Assembly (NCBI GenBank): GCA_013265495.1
Contig: MU058000.1
Coordinates: 310,001 to 374,000, forward strand
Origin: Vicugna vicugna
Taxonomy: Eukaryota
Length of the DNA: 64,000 bases
Direction of reading: 5' to 3'
Positions 38,346 through 51,342 of the stretch are shown here, piece after piece (positions within the stretch are counted from its first letter, which is position 1; the number at the start of each line of letters is the position of its first letter). The notes beneath the pieces are model-generated. The model saw only the letters and a program-made list of their open reading frames with translations, did no database searches and was not told where the DNA came from. The position numbers and the translations under genes were made by a program.

Positions 38346-39638
38346 AGAAATTCAAATACATACACATACATACACACACACATATACACAAATCCAAACA
38401 AAAAACCAGAGTACTAGTATAACCCAGTGACTCCACCACCACAGTCACAGATGACTCAACCAATAAATTATTACCAAACCTAAGGGAGCCATCGAGAGTT
38501 GGTTGGAGTTTACCCCTTTTGGAATAGAGTGTCAACATAGAGTTAGTGTGGTTACATGTATGAAGTTTGTTTTCTCCATTAAGTCCAGCAGGGCAGCTAT
38601 CAAGATAGTTTCTTGCCTCTCTTACATTAAACCCCCATCTGAGTGTGTCTCAGTTTCCTGTAAGTTTGAAGGGACACATATAACTGGAAAATATGACATA
38701 ATAATGAAATCATTAAACCTACAAAACTATGAAGCCATTGTTTCAGATTTTCAATCATCAAGTACCAATTTCCACTTGAAGATATTTCTGCTGTCTTGTA
38801 TTCTGATGACTCTTTGCTTTCATATATATATACATATGCCCTTGGAAGGTAGGGGTCATCCTGGTGCAGTACGAACCAATGAGCATCATGCCCACTTCCA
38901 AAGGTTCAGAGCCCCCTGCTCATACCCCAACTCCATATTTTAAGAATCACAGTGATTCTGCCCATCCACAATGAAGAGGCCTGGTTTTTCTGGCAAACTG
39001 ACATTGATGCTAAATGTGAGTTCAGTGGTTGTGACTTTACTTGTGGCAACGTTAATTTCACTTGTATAACCCCAGACGCCAGCACCAGACCCAATACCTA
39101 ACAAGGCTTTAATCAAAATTTATTGAATAAAAGACTGAAGAAGTTGTTTTTCTCACTGCCAATTAGAAGATATTAAAAATAGAATACAAAACAAGAAACC
39201 AACCCACATATTATATAACTTAAGCATACATATGGATAGAGAACTCATAAAATTCTTCAGGGTAATAAGGAAAAATGTTTCTAATCTTCTGTTAAACTCT
39301 ACCTACCTAACCAGCTCTTAATTTAGGTGTATATTTCAATTCTCAGATTTCTAGTGATTTTTTTTCATGTCCTATTCTCTGCTAGAATTAAATACCTTAC
39401 AACCTAACTTCTTAACGTATTAATAACCATTGTTTTAAAGTTGATTTCTATTAACTTATATCTGAATAGTCTATATGCTTGTTTCTAGTTCTGCTTTTTT
39501 TCCTCTTGCTTTTTATTGGTATGGTTTTGTTTTCTGTTATGCCTGCTAAGTTCTGATTAAATGCTAGATATTCTATGACACATTACAGAAACAATATGAG
39601 GGCTTTGGATGGTAATATCTTCCTCCACAAAAGATTTA

Positions 39639-39823
39639 CAGTTGACCCATGAACAACAAAAGGAGTTAATCCAAGTATAACTTACAGTTGGCCCTCCATA
39701 TCTACAGTTCCACTGTATTCATGCATTCAACCAACTAGACCTTGCTAATATATACTACTGAAAAAATATCTGCATATAAGTAAACCCATGCAGTTCAAAC
39801 CCAAGTTGCTCAAGAGTCAACTG
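39639..39823 (-). mobile_element. Tigger2a/MER28-like MITE
   Basis: TA TSD (39637-38, 39824-25); TIRs cagttgacccatgaacaac / gttgctcaagagtcaactg; reverse complement aligns by eye with 58859-59078. Confidence 0.88.
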
Positions 39824-42800
39824 TACTTTTGTTTAAATGGACAGTTAGGATAGGAAGAGACAAAATCAAGGCAGACTCAAAGCTATGTTACAGTCTTTAT
39901 GACTATTAGTCTATTTTCAATTCACATAGAATCCTGGGGTTTAGCCCTTGGGTATCCCATCCCAGGTGTGAAATGTTAACCAGGCTCTTCCTCTTCAGTG
40001 GGCCTAAACTCTGTTGTAAGCTCTGCTCAATTTGTAACTCAGAGTACATTCCAAGGGAAAGTGGGGCCAAGTGTCAGATCCATCACTCTGCATCCCCTTC
40101 CTCAACAGCATACTTGATCCTTCCTGTCTTTGTGCCAGATAACTCTCTGAAAAATTCAGTTTTTTTCTTTCAACATAAGTCTTACCCAGCTTTTCTAGTT
40201 TTTCTCAGTAAGAGGTTTGTTCTGCAACAAGATAATCCACCATTGCCAAAGGCAGAAATTGTTCTTCAATCAGAATTGCCAAGTTTGCCTAATGTGTAAT
40301 CTTCTCTAAGGAAGGGCAAACAGTCTAACATCTTATTATATATTCCCCAAAAATAAAATGTTGCATGATATAAAAACATACCTCACCTAAGTGAAGTACT
40401 ATAAACTAAATGCACATAATACATTTGTAAAAACTTGCTAACATTTACCTTTGTTGATGTTAGCCACGTATTACTTATTAAAAACTAAAAGAATGTTTTT
40501 CTCAGAGCAAATGAATAATTTAGTTTATTTTCTTACAAAGATAATTTATACTATTTGAACATTTTCAAGAGTATAATAAACTTGTTGACTTTTTTGTGGT
40601 TTAAGGCTCAGTACAATCTCACTTACACTTGTAGACAGCTGCCTGAAAACAAACATCTAACAAGCAGTTAATTTTCCACTTAAAATGATACACTATCAAA
40701 TTAAAATCACTCTAATGATAAGGAAAGGCTACAGGAATAATGTATGAATAGTTAAAATCTGCTTAATATAAAGTCTACTATCCCTCTGTTAACGTATTTG
40801 TGGTAGTAAGAAATGAATAACCATCAATTACTTAGATGCAAGAATATTACCTCATTTATTTCATTTCACCCATTTTTCTATAGCCATTCCTTTAATAGTT
40901 ATTCCAAAGCTACCCGTTATCTTTGTCATTGCTTTAAATATAAAACCTATAGCTAAGCTAATAGAAATTATCAAAACTTCATTAATTTATGAGGAATATA
41001 AGTTCCTCCCTCTTTCACCACAGCCTCATGCATGCAGGTGCACACATGCACTCGCACACACATCATATACATAGAGATAAGAATCACAAAAGCCTACATA
41101 TTCAATTTATATATAAAACACAATGTAGAAATTATCATGACTTCAGAAAATAAAGAACTTGAAAATGGATATTTTTATTTCTAAATTATTTTCCTATTCA
41201 CCACAATCAAATGATAAATTATAAGTATTCGTGCTAGTTTAGAGAAAAAATTAAAATATTCAGTCCACTCCTACTTTCTGGCTTTGTGTAAACATTCAAG
41301 CAACTCAGAGTTACAGAAAATAGAAAAACTGCCTTTCTTCACAACTCCTAAAATTCTTATTTTTCCAGGAAGATGAAAGATCTGAAAATTAAACTAAATC
41401 TTGCAAGTGCAAAGGTTTATTTAGTTTCAGAGTTTTCACCTGTACACAATCTCTGCCAATAGTTAGTTTTTTTAAGAACTTGGCGTATAGTGTAGCTACA
41501 GACTTTGCAATTTGCCCTAACGTCAGGGTTAATTTGGTTAATAATAGAGGCAGACTTTGTCTCCACAGGGTTCAACAATTCTAGCCTCTGTCTATAAAGT
41601 TTTGCTGCCAATACTTTTGTTTATAAGCTAATCTATATATTAAAAAGTACTTATTGATCAGGTAATACCATATTTTACAACATGCATATGGATGAGGAGA
41701 AATCATTAAGATTTTAAAAAAGAAGTACAATAGGAAATGAAAGACAGGGTTACTAAGCCGTCTAAGACCATAGGTCTCTAAGAAGGGTTTAAAAGTAGTA
41801 AGGAAGACAGTATCAGTACATAGCAAAGGCAGCTTTAGATAAGAAATTCAAAGATCAAAAGAGTTTATCCTAAAAGCATCCATAAAAGGAACATTCTTCC
41901 TTCTATTTCTGTCATACTAATCATTAAACAAAAGTTACTATTGATTATCATTTGTTTTCAACTACCGTCTCTCTTTTTAGAAGTAAATTCTGGCATTACA
42001 GTCCCACGTTTCTGCTAATGAATAATCATGTCAGTTGTCACTCAATTATCACTTTCAAAATTTAATCTAAATTATGTACAGCACCTTGTATGTTTTTTTT
42101 CTTTGAAGTTCTTCATTGAATTTAAAAGTCAAATTTTTTTTTCTTCAAGAAGAGTAAGTTGATGGAAGATGGAGGCTGAGATTAAATCAGGAGGAATCAT
42201 TGATCAAGGATGCTTGGAATTCTTATGAATACAAATAGCCTATCAAGGTTAATGAGGTTCAACTCAAGTTTAGAAGAAGAGAAAAATGCACTTAGTATTT
42301 CCTATGCATATACAGATCTGAGGTCTTAGGTAGAATTTGAAAGGTAAATTATGCAAACTCAAATGTAGCTTTCATTTGGGTTTCTTACAAGCTATTTTCA
42401 TTGTTTTTCCCCAGTACAGAACAACTGCTTAAAATATATATTCTGGATCAACAAAAACTAATGCAATTAGCGAGAAAGAGCAAAGGTTCCCTTGAATACT
42501 GACAACTCTTTCAGAAATGAATGTGCTTCTAAGGAATGACTGGACAACAAATGTTAGCTTTGAAAAATAACCATAAAAATGTTCTAAAATATATTATTTC
42601 AGTCAGCAAATATTAATTGAGTGCCTAAAATGGGTAAGACATTGTTTTGGGGTAGGGCAGAAGGCATAAAGAGATATTGAAATAAGTCTTGGTTCTTACC
42701 CCATATTCATTGATGATTTGAAAAGGCATATAAGTCTTAAATTCATAAGTGGCTCCCAGAATGCAACAAATTTGAATTATAACATCAATACACACTGATA

Positions 42801-44877
42801 AATGGCCTAGAGCAAAATCTGTGCATAGCAATATACCAAAAGAAAACGTAAACAGAGCATTGAGCATCACAGTGGAAGCAGAACAGAAGACTGTTAGGAA
42901 GACAAAATCAGTTCAACAAACTCCAAGAATAAAGACAGAATCTACTCAAGTAAATAGGATCTCTGAGTACCAGAATGCTGATAAAGAGAAGTGATGGGTT
43001 GAGGGAGCCACAGCCACGAAAGAATAGTCCTTTCATTATTCTCTGCTTCTGTGTTCACCAAGCAATTTTTTTTTTTTTTTTGGTTACTAAGTGAGCTTTC
43101 TAAACCTAGGTTTAGAAAATTGAGACTGGTGCCCTGCATAGGAAAACAGTGTTTAAATATCCATACAGGACTCCCACAGGGTACATCAATGAACTGGCAC
43201 TCTTCCCTATACTGTTCTCCTGTGAGTTTCATTATTAATATGAACCAGCCTCCCAGGTCACACCAATTCTAGGACACAGAAAATCCAAGCTTTCAGACAC
43301 AAGGACAAGACTTCAAAAAAATAATATCTTTAGCAAGGTAGGGACATTAAGGTCAGATTTGTCTTAGTGACAAGGACAGCTTTCTTCTGCAGCTCTGTTT
43401 CTCCTTTATTTCAACCTGTTTTGAAATTTTAGAGAAATATACCCAGATAACTTTAAGACAGTGTGAGAAACATGCCATAAAAACACCAGCGATGTAGGCA
43501 AAAGGATGGTTCAAAAGGAAGGATTACCCTTTGCAACTGATATAAACCAAGAAGGCTTCAGGGAGGAAAAGTTTTAGGATTTCCACAAAAAGAGGACATT
43601 ACAGAAACAATGAACAAACTGGAACAAAGACAAAACAAAAGATGGAAATGAGGAGGGAAGATCAAGAAAAAAATGAGCCAACAAGAATGGGTACACAAGG
43701 TTCTGTAGGAGAGGTGTTAGGATGTGTTTAAAGACAGACATCAATGATCAAACAAACCATAAGAAATGTTACTGTACCTGAGCCTGACCAATAATCTCAT
43801 TGTATGCATCTTCCCTTACTTATATTTGATCTCGGAAAAGTAACTAAAGGAGCTTCATCTCCATTTTTTTTATAGAATGTATACCATACCACTGAAAGTA
43901 AAGCAGAGGCTAAATGCTTTTCAACTAAATTTCAATAAAATTGCCACTGTTAGAGGTGAAACTGAGTGGTCCATGATCTATATATCTCTTATAAAGTCTA
44001 CACTACATGTCACTTGGAGAATAGCTTGGGAATAAAGATATTCAAAGTGTCACCAAATCTAAAACTACTAATGTAACTTTAATTATTTTATTGTTAAAAG
44101 TAAGAAAATCAGGAAAAAATGGTTAATAATAATTTCTTCCACAGTGAATGATGTCTTTCTGTAATATGTTTTTCAATAGCAATTGGGAAAAAAAAATCTT
44201 TCATCCTTTGAAAGGAATTTGAATTATACTTGCAACAAACTCAAAGAACATTCTGTGTCAATTTTAGAATGTCACTTTCATAGAAACAGGGAAACCTGAG
44301 GAGGTTTTGTTCATTGCTATGTCACCAGCATCTAGAACAGTGCTTAACAGTGCCCAGCATGTAACAGATGGTCATTTGTACTTCATATGTGAGTAAATGT
44401 TCAATCTTTCTCTCCAATTGTATTTCACACCCAAACACTAACCCAAGAGAACTCCAACTCTTCTAACACATATAAAAATGTAAAAGAACTATTAATTTAG
44501 GATAAAGAGCTAGGCTTTTTGAATGAGAGCATTATTACATTATAAGTAATTTTAAATGGCTACGTAGCTTAGATTTTTTTTCCAATTTATTCTACAAGTG
44601 GTAAATAAAAAGAAACAATGGGAAGAAAGGGAGGAGGGGAGGGAGGGAGGGAGGATAAACCAACATACGGTTTCAAACAACTCAATAAGGGATTTTTCTA
44701 CCTTTGGCATTCATTAGCATATTTTTTCATACTTAACTTTGGCAAAATAATCATATTTTATCACTTTTGTCAGCATGATAAAGGGCTAAATAATACCCAT
44801 TAAAAATATTTAAAAGTCTTATCATTTCAACTGCTCTGAGAATATTTTTAATAAGAATTTATTAAACATGTAGAGGG

Positions 44878-47800
44878 AAAGGCAGGGTCAAGATGGCAGA
44901 ATAGGAAAACCTTGAGCTTACCCCCTCACAAGGACACACAAAAACTATAACTACATAGAGAACAAATATCTCTGAGAATGATCTGAAGACTAGCAGATTA
45001 GCTCTTCTATAATTAATGATACAAAGAAAAAGAAAAAAAACACATACACACACCAAGATGAGTACAGGGGAAGAGAAGTGATTTAATTAGAACCCACCCA
45101 CCCCAGCAAGTGGAGATATTACCAAAAACTCAGAGGTCCTCCCTAAGGAGTGAGGGGTTCAGTTCCCACCTTGGGCACCATAACCCTGAGGACTAGCACC
45201 AGGTTTGGAAAACCAGTGAGGCTTATAGCCAGAAGAGCTGGAGGGCTATAGAAAACTGAGACTCTGCTCTTAAAAGAGTGTGCACACAAACTTACTCCGA
45301 GTCCCAGCACAGAGGAAGCAAACTGACAAGTGCCTGACATCGTAGCTGGGCTGTCAAGGATACCTCAACAGACCCCCACCCCCAGCCCACACCAAGCTCC
45401 CACTCTAGTCCTTTCACCAAGGTGGCATTCCCCAGTGCACCCCAGGAGAAGCTCCAGTTCACACTGGGCTCTGGCTCTAGCCCCTCTGGCTCCAGCCCCC
45501 TTGCCAAAGTGTTAGCCCTCCACACACCCTGAGAGAAGCCACAGTCCACACCAGTCTCTGGCTCCAACTCCCCCACCACCCTACTGGAGAGCAACCACCA
45601 GTGTACCCCAGGAGAAGCCCTGGCCTATGCAAAGGCAGCAGCTCCAGATGTACCCTAGGAAAGGCCCAGGTTCACTTCAGCTCCAGCCCTCCGGCCAAAG
45701 CCACAGGATACACACGGTCTGCACAGAGACATTCCTTCACAAGGACATGTCCTCAAGACATGAAGAGATAATTGTTTCTCCTAATTCATAGAAACAAACA
45801 TAAAAAAAATCAAACAAAATGAGAAGACAGAGAAATATGTTGTAAACAAAAGCACAAAATAAAACCCCAGGAAAAAAAAAACTCTAATCATATGGAGATA
45901 AATAATTTACCTGATAATTCAAAGCTTTGATCATAAAAATGCTCACTGAACTTGAGAGAAGAGTGGAGGAACATAGAGGTTAAACAAAGAAGTAGAAAAT
46001 ACAGAAAAGAACCAATCAGAGATGAAGAAACAATAACTGAAATGAAATCAACTGCAAATTAGGTGATACGGAATAACACATAAGTGACCTGGAAGACGAA
46101 ATAGTTGAAACCATGCTATCAGAATAGCAAAAACAAAAAAAAAATTTTAATGAGAATAGTTTAAGAGACCTCTAAGACAACCAAGCATAGTAACATTTAC
46201 ATTATAGAGGTCCCAGAAGGAAAAGAGAGAGAAAGAGGCAGAAAATGTACTTGATGAAATAATGGCTGAAAAATTTTTTAACCTGCAGGAAGAAACAGAT
46301 ATCCAGGTCCAGAAAGTAAATAGAGTTTCAAACAAGATGAGCCCAAAGAAATCCACACCAACACATATCACAATTAAAACAGCAAAAGTTAAAGAGAATT
46401 TTAAAGACAGCAAGACAAAAAACTAAGAGTTGCATATAAGGGAAACCTCCATATGCTGTCACCTGATTTCTCAGTAGAAACTTCGCAGACCAGGAAGGAA
46501 CGGCATGATATACTTAAAGTGATGAAAGGAAAAAGCCTATAATCAAGGATACTCTCTATATGACAAACCTATTCAGAACTGAAAGACAGATGAGTTTCCC
46601 AGAGAAGCAAAAACTAAAAAGAGTCTAACACCACCAAACCAGCCTTCAAGAAATGTTAAAGGAAATTCTTTAAGGCAAAAAGGAAAGGCTATATAAAGAA
46701 ACAGGAAAACATATGAAAAGAATCTCACTCACAAAGGCAAATATATAGCAAAGGCAGTGAATCAACCACTTAAAAAGCTGGTAGGCAAGTTAAAAGACAA
46801 AAGTCATAAAATCAACTACAGCTACACTAAATAGTTAAGAGTACGCAAAGAGATATAAAATTTGATGTCAAAAACATAAAATATGAGGAGTGGGAAGTAA
46901 AAGAGGTAGAGTTTTTAAAATGCCTTTGGACTTCAATAACTATCAGCTTAAAATAAATATATATACATTTCAATATAGATGAAGCTCATGGTAACCACAA
47001 ACCAAAGTCCTACAACAGATACACAATAAACAAAGAGAAAGGAAGCCAAACGTAACACTAACAAAAATCATTAAACCACAATAAAAGAGACCAAAAGAAT
47101 AATGAAGAACTACAAAAACAACCAGATAAGAAGTAACAAAATGGCAGTAAGTATATACCTATCAATAATGACTACAAATGTAAATAGTCTAAATGCTCCA
47201 ACCAAAAGACATTTGATAGCTGAATGAATTAAAAAAACAAGACTCATCTACATGCTGCCTACAAGACACTCACCTCAGAGGTAAAGACACGTACAGACTG
47301 AAAGTAAAAGGATAGAAAAAATATTCCATCAAATGGAAACAAAAAGAAAACTAGGGTAGTAATACTTGATACAGACAAAATAGACTTTAAAATAAAGACC
47401 ATAACAAAGGATAAAGAAGGGTATTATATAAAGATAAAGGGGTCAATCCAAGAAGAGGAATAATATTTGTAAATACATTTGCTCCAAACATAGGAACACA
47501 TAAATATGAAGAGCAAATATTACCAGACATAAAGGGAGAAACTAACAGTAATACAATAATGGTAGGGAACTTTAATACCCCACTTAGATCAACAGATAGA
47601 TCATCTAAACAGAAAATCAATAAAGAAACACTGATTTTAAATGACACATCAGAGCAGGTGGGTTTAATCGATACCTACAGTGGAACATTCTATCCAAAAA
47701 CAAAATATAAATTTTCGAGTTCACATGGAATGTTCTCCAGGATAGATCACATGCTAGGCCATAAAACAAATCTCTATAAATTTAAAAAGACTGAAATCAT

Positions 47801-48249
47801 ATCAAGCATCTTTTCCAACCATAACACTATGAAACCAGAAATCAATTACAGGAAGGAAACTAGGAAAAAGAAAAAAATGTGAAGACTAAACAACACACTA
47901 CTAAAAAACTAATAGTTCAACACAGAAATCAAAGAAGAAACACCTCACAATTATTAGAATGGCTATTAACAAAAAGACATTAGTAAGGATTTGAAGAAAA
48001 AAGAACATTCATACACTATTGGTAGGAATGTAAATTGGTGCAGCCACTGTAGAAAACAGTAGAGAGATGCCTCAAAAAATTACTGATTTTTTGATCCACC
48101 TATCCCATTTCTGGACATGTATCTGAAGAACACAAAAACATTAATTTGAAAAGATCTATTCATCCTTTGTTCATCACAGCATTACTTACAATAGCCAAGA
48201 CATGGAAACAACCTAGGTGCCTATCAAGGAATGAATGGATAAAGAAGAT

Positions 48250-48283
<34 letters not shown>

Positions 48284-48680
48284 TGGAATGCTACTGAGCC
48301 ATAAAAGAAATGAAATATTGCCATTCGCCAAAACTTGAATAGATCTTAAGGATATTAGGCTAAGTGAAATAAAGTCAGACAGAGAAAGACAAAGACCTTA
48401 TCTTTTCACTCATATATGGAATAAAAAAAGTAAATAAAAAAATAAATAAACAAACCAAACAAAAAAACAAAACAGGTAGCTACAGAGAATACAGTAATCG
48501 TTACCAGAGGGGAAGGGACAGGTGAGGGTCGGAGGCAAAATGAGTAAAAGGGATCAACTGAATGGTGACAGAAACTAAATTTTTGGTAGTGAGTACACTG
48601 TGGTGTATACAGGAATAGAAATATAATGTTATACACATGAAACTTATATAATATTATAAACCAATGTTGACTCAATAAAA
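44878..48680 (+). mobile_element. LINE-1 with intact 5' end, decayed ORF1, ORF2 endonuclease, internal deletion of RT, and 3' UTR
   Basis: 5' caagatggcagaatagg; ORF1 remnants about 45820-46680; ORF2 ATG about 47141; ORF 47559..47882 has endonuclease motifs (GNFNTPL, SRIDHML, FSNHN); abrupt jump at 47940/47941 to the ORF2 C-terminus; AATAAA tail about 48674; TSD-like aaacatgtagaggg (44864-44877) / aagcatgtagaggg (48884-48897). Confidence 0.93.
48253..48281. repeat. (AC)14 microsatellite inside L1
   Basis: Uninterrupted AC dinucleotide run. Confidence 0.95.
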
Positions 48681-48721
48681 TATAAATTATCTTAAAAGTC
48701 TAAAAAATTCAATTAAAAAAG

Positions 48722-48873
48722 TCACAGGGATATAATATACAGCACAGGAATATATTCAATAACATTATAATAACCTGGTATTGTGCATAATCCTATAAAA
48801 ACATCAAATCACAATGTTGTACGCCTGAAACTAATATTACACTGTAAGTCAACTATACTTCCATTAAAAAAAA
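48722..48873 (+). mobile_element. Second short L1 3' tail
   Basis: atacagcacaggaatatattcaataacattataataac...tgttgtacgcctgaaactaatattacactgtaagtcaactatacttc followed by an A-tail. Confidence 0.8.
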
Positions 48874-48969
48874 TTTAGTAAACAAGCATGTAGAGGGCTT
48901 TATAAGGAGTATGGCACTATTCCATTATCTTTACAATCTGAGTCTTGAACCAAGTATAAAATACATTTT

Positions 48970-49149
48970 TTTAATTTATTTTTTTCTATTGAAGTACAGT
49001 CAATCACAATGTGTCAATTTCTGGTGCACAGCACAATATCCCAGCCATGCACACACATGCATATATTTGTTTTCTTATTTTTTTCATTAAAGGTTATTAC
49101 AAGACATTGAACATAGTTCCCTGTGCTATACAGAAGAAACTTTTTAACC
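48970..49149 (-). mobile_element. Young 5'-truncated L1 tail (camelid-like) with a perfect 15-bp TSD
   Basis: TATAAAATACATTTT at 48955-48969 and 49150-49164; T-rich left end; reverse complement is homologous to 34370-34532. Confidence 0.92.
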
Positions 49150-49950
49150 TATAAAATACATTTTCTAATGATACACTTATAAGACTAAAAAGAAACTTAC
49201 ACTGCAGCAACATTAAATATTTACTTTGGATTATATAAAATTAGATGCTTTTAACACCAGTTTTCTACCTTTCATTATAATTTAGGAAATTCTTCAAATG
49301 TGGCAATTCATTATAATCAGAATACAACTTCACTAAGAACAGATACAGAGGAAAACTAACACATATCTACTTCCAAATGTGTCCTTCATGCTTGATCTAA
49401 TTTGCATAATTAAAACTGGAATTAAGCCATTTTTTATGAAGCTCTTTCCTTTGATTTTTAGTATTTTCTGATAATTACACCATCTGTGCTAGATGGAAAC
49501 GTCAAGCAGGGAACAGTAGCAGCCTCGCTCCACTTTACTCATGGTCACCACATCGTTCATGGTTACCACACAAGTCCTCACAGCTCTGCCTCGCGCAGAA
49601 CAGCCAGAGACTTGAAAACTTTTGTATTTCCAAATATCTTTTCACTGTGCCTTCTGCTAGTTTCACCCCCCAAATAACTGTCCCTTCAGGGAAGAAAGGT
49701 ACCGTCCGTCAGTATGAAAGGCTCAACTGTATTGGAAAAAAAAATATTTTCAAGCTTCATAGGTAGCCCCTGGCTTTGAGGCCCAAACGAAGAGAAATGA
49801 ATCCAAAGACATTTCTCTCTGTAACTGGGGCAGTCACCTACATAACTTTATATGACTTATACCCAGCTGGAGTTCATAAACACCACAATCTTTATATTAA
49901 AAGTTCATTAAGCAGTTCCTTTGAATACAACTTAAAAATAGCAAAGTCAC

Positions 49951-50102
49951 CTCCACTTGTGCTGCCAAATGGACTTTCTCCTTGTCTTTTCGCTCCATGC
50001 ACCGCTTCACTTCCTCAAACTCAGATGCCATCGCACTGAAGTTCAGCTGCACTCTCAAATCTGACATCTGCTTCTCCAGATCCTCTTTTTCCCGCTCAAC
50101 CC
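49951..50102 (-). CDS. CEP128: CEP128 internal coding exon (152 nt, phase 1-0), (G)VEREKEDLEKQMSDLRVQLNFSAMASEFEEVKRCMERKDKEKVHLAAQVE
   Basis: gttttctcttttaag|GGGTTGAG...GTGGAG|gtgact; phase complements the preceding exon; open frame. Confidence 0.95.
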
Positions 50103-51342
50103 CTTAAAAGAGAAAACATAAAGCTTTATGGTTGTTCTTTACTCACAGGAGAACGTACTTTCAAATGATATGTTTTAATGTTCCACCTAATACAATCCAC
50201 GTACTGTCAGCATCACTCAACAGACTCTGCACAGTTTGCCATTCTGCTATTTCGAGTTTCACAGTTTTCTAAAATATATACATTGCTGTGTCATCCATTA
50301 TTACCCCATTTTGATTCTAAACTTAAAATGTTATCTGATTTCTAGCACAATTATTTTAGGAAAATTCTATACATTTTTTTCTATCATTTTCCTTACATCC
50401 CTACATTACCGCCAAGCTCTAAAGCAAATATACTGAGAGAATTTTTCACCTAAGCTATTCCACCTAACTGAAGTTACTGAAGTTCACACAACAAAATGCT
50501 TTTCTTGCAACGTAAACAAATGATGCTGCTAAATTCTTTGACTGGGTACGTTCACTAACTTAATAATTCTGGAGACTACTACCTACAATTTTATCAGTGA
50601 ACAGTATTAACTTACTTGGTATTTATTTTTAACTCAACATGAAATACTTGGTATATGATGAACAGGGCACTGTAACACAATCTTTTTCAAAAGTAAATAA
50701 CACAAAAACCCTTTTCTCAATGAGCTTGCACTCCAAGAATGGAGAAAAGATACATAAACAAAGTACTTCCATGAACTTCAGATGTCAAAAATTGGAACAT
50801 ATACTATCAATTTAGAACTATTGTTTCTCTAGTAGCTTCCTTTCCAGAAAAGGAAAGAAGGAAGGAAACACTAGTTAAGTCCAATTTACAGATGATTATA
50901 AGATATGCCCCAACTTTAGAAATATTAAATGTTAAAAACTGTACATTCTGGATGGAAGCTACATAGGTATTCTAATAGCATGGTAACAATACGGAGAGAT
51001 ACTAAGCAGATATTTCCATCTGTATAATTTCTGTATAATGAATGGTTATTACACAAAAATAGTCCAAAAGGTAGAATGATAAACTATCTTAATGAGAAAC
51101 TGAGGTAGGAAGAAATGGGAACTACGTTAGTTTTAAAAAGTTGATGCAAAATTTTATCAAGCAAAGGAGATGAAGTCAAGGAGATATTTCACGGAAAGGA
51201 AACAGCACAAAGTACTGAGGAGCAATACTGGATTTCGTATTCAGGTGTAGTTCTATGTAGCTAATGCGTATGAAGGAAGGAAGCAGGAGAGTCAGCAGGG
51301 AATTTCTGCATTGCCAGGGAACTTAAAAATTATTCTACAGAC

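Larger units (their letters stand above)
36590..40260 (-). mobile_element. Old L1ME/HAL1-like 5' UTR-ORF1 element, fragmented (about 36590-37322, 39277-39636, 39826-40260)
   Basis: Reverse complement at 40260 reads ttctgcctttggcaatggtgg...actagaaaagctgg (old L1 5' end); ORF1-type antisense sequence gtatctttacttcacctttacttctgaagaatattttcact; continuity across the 37323-39276 interruption. Confidence 0.68.

Noticed and set aside
38503..38943. 146-aa plus-strand ORF (TTG start) in the unassigned block
   Set aside because: No recognisable domain, no ATG at the annotated start, and no poly(A) or TSD suggesting a retrocopy; kept only as part of the composite-insert finding.
47559..47882. 107-aa ORF with nuclease motifs as a possible host gene or active element
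   Set aside because: It is an L1 ORF2 endonuclease remnant with catalytic Asp-to-Asn changes, upstream stop codons and no RT domain.
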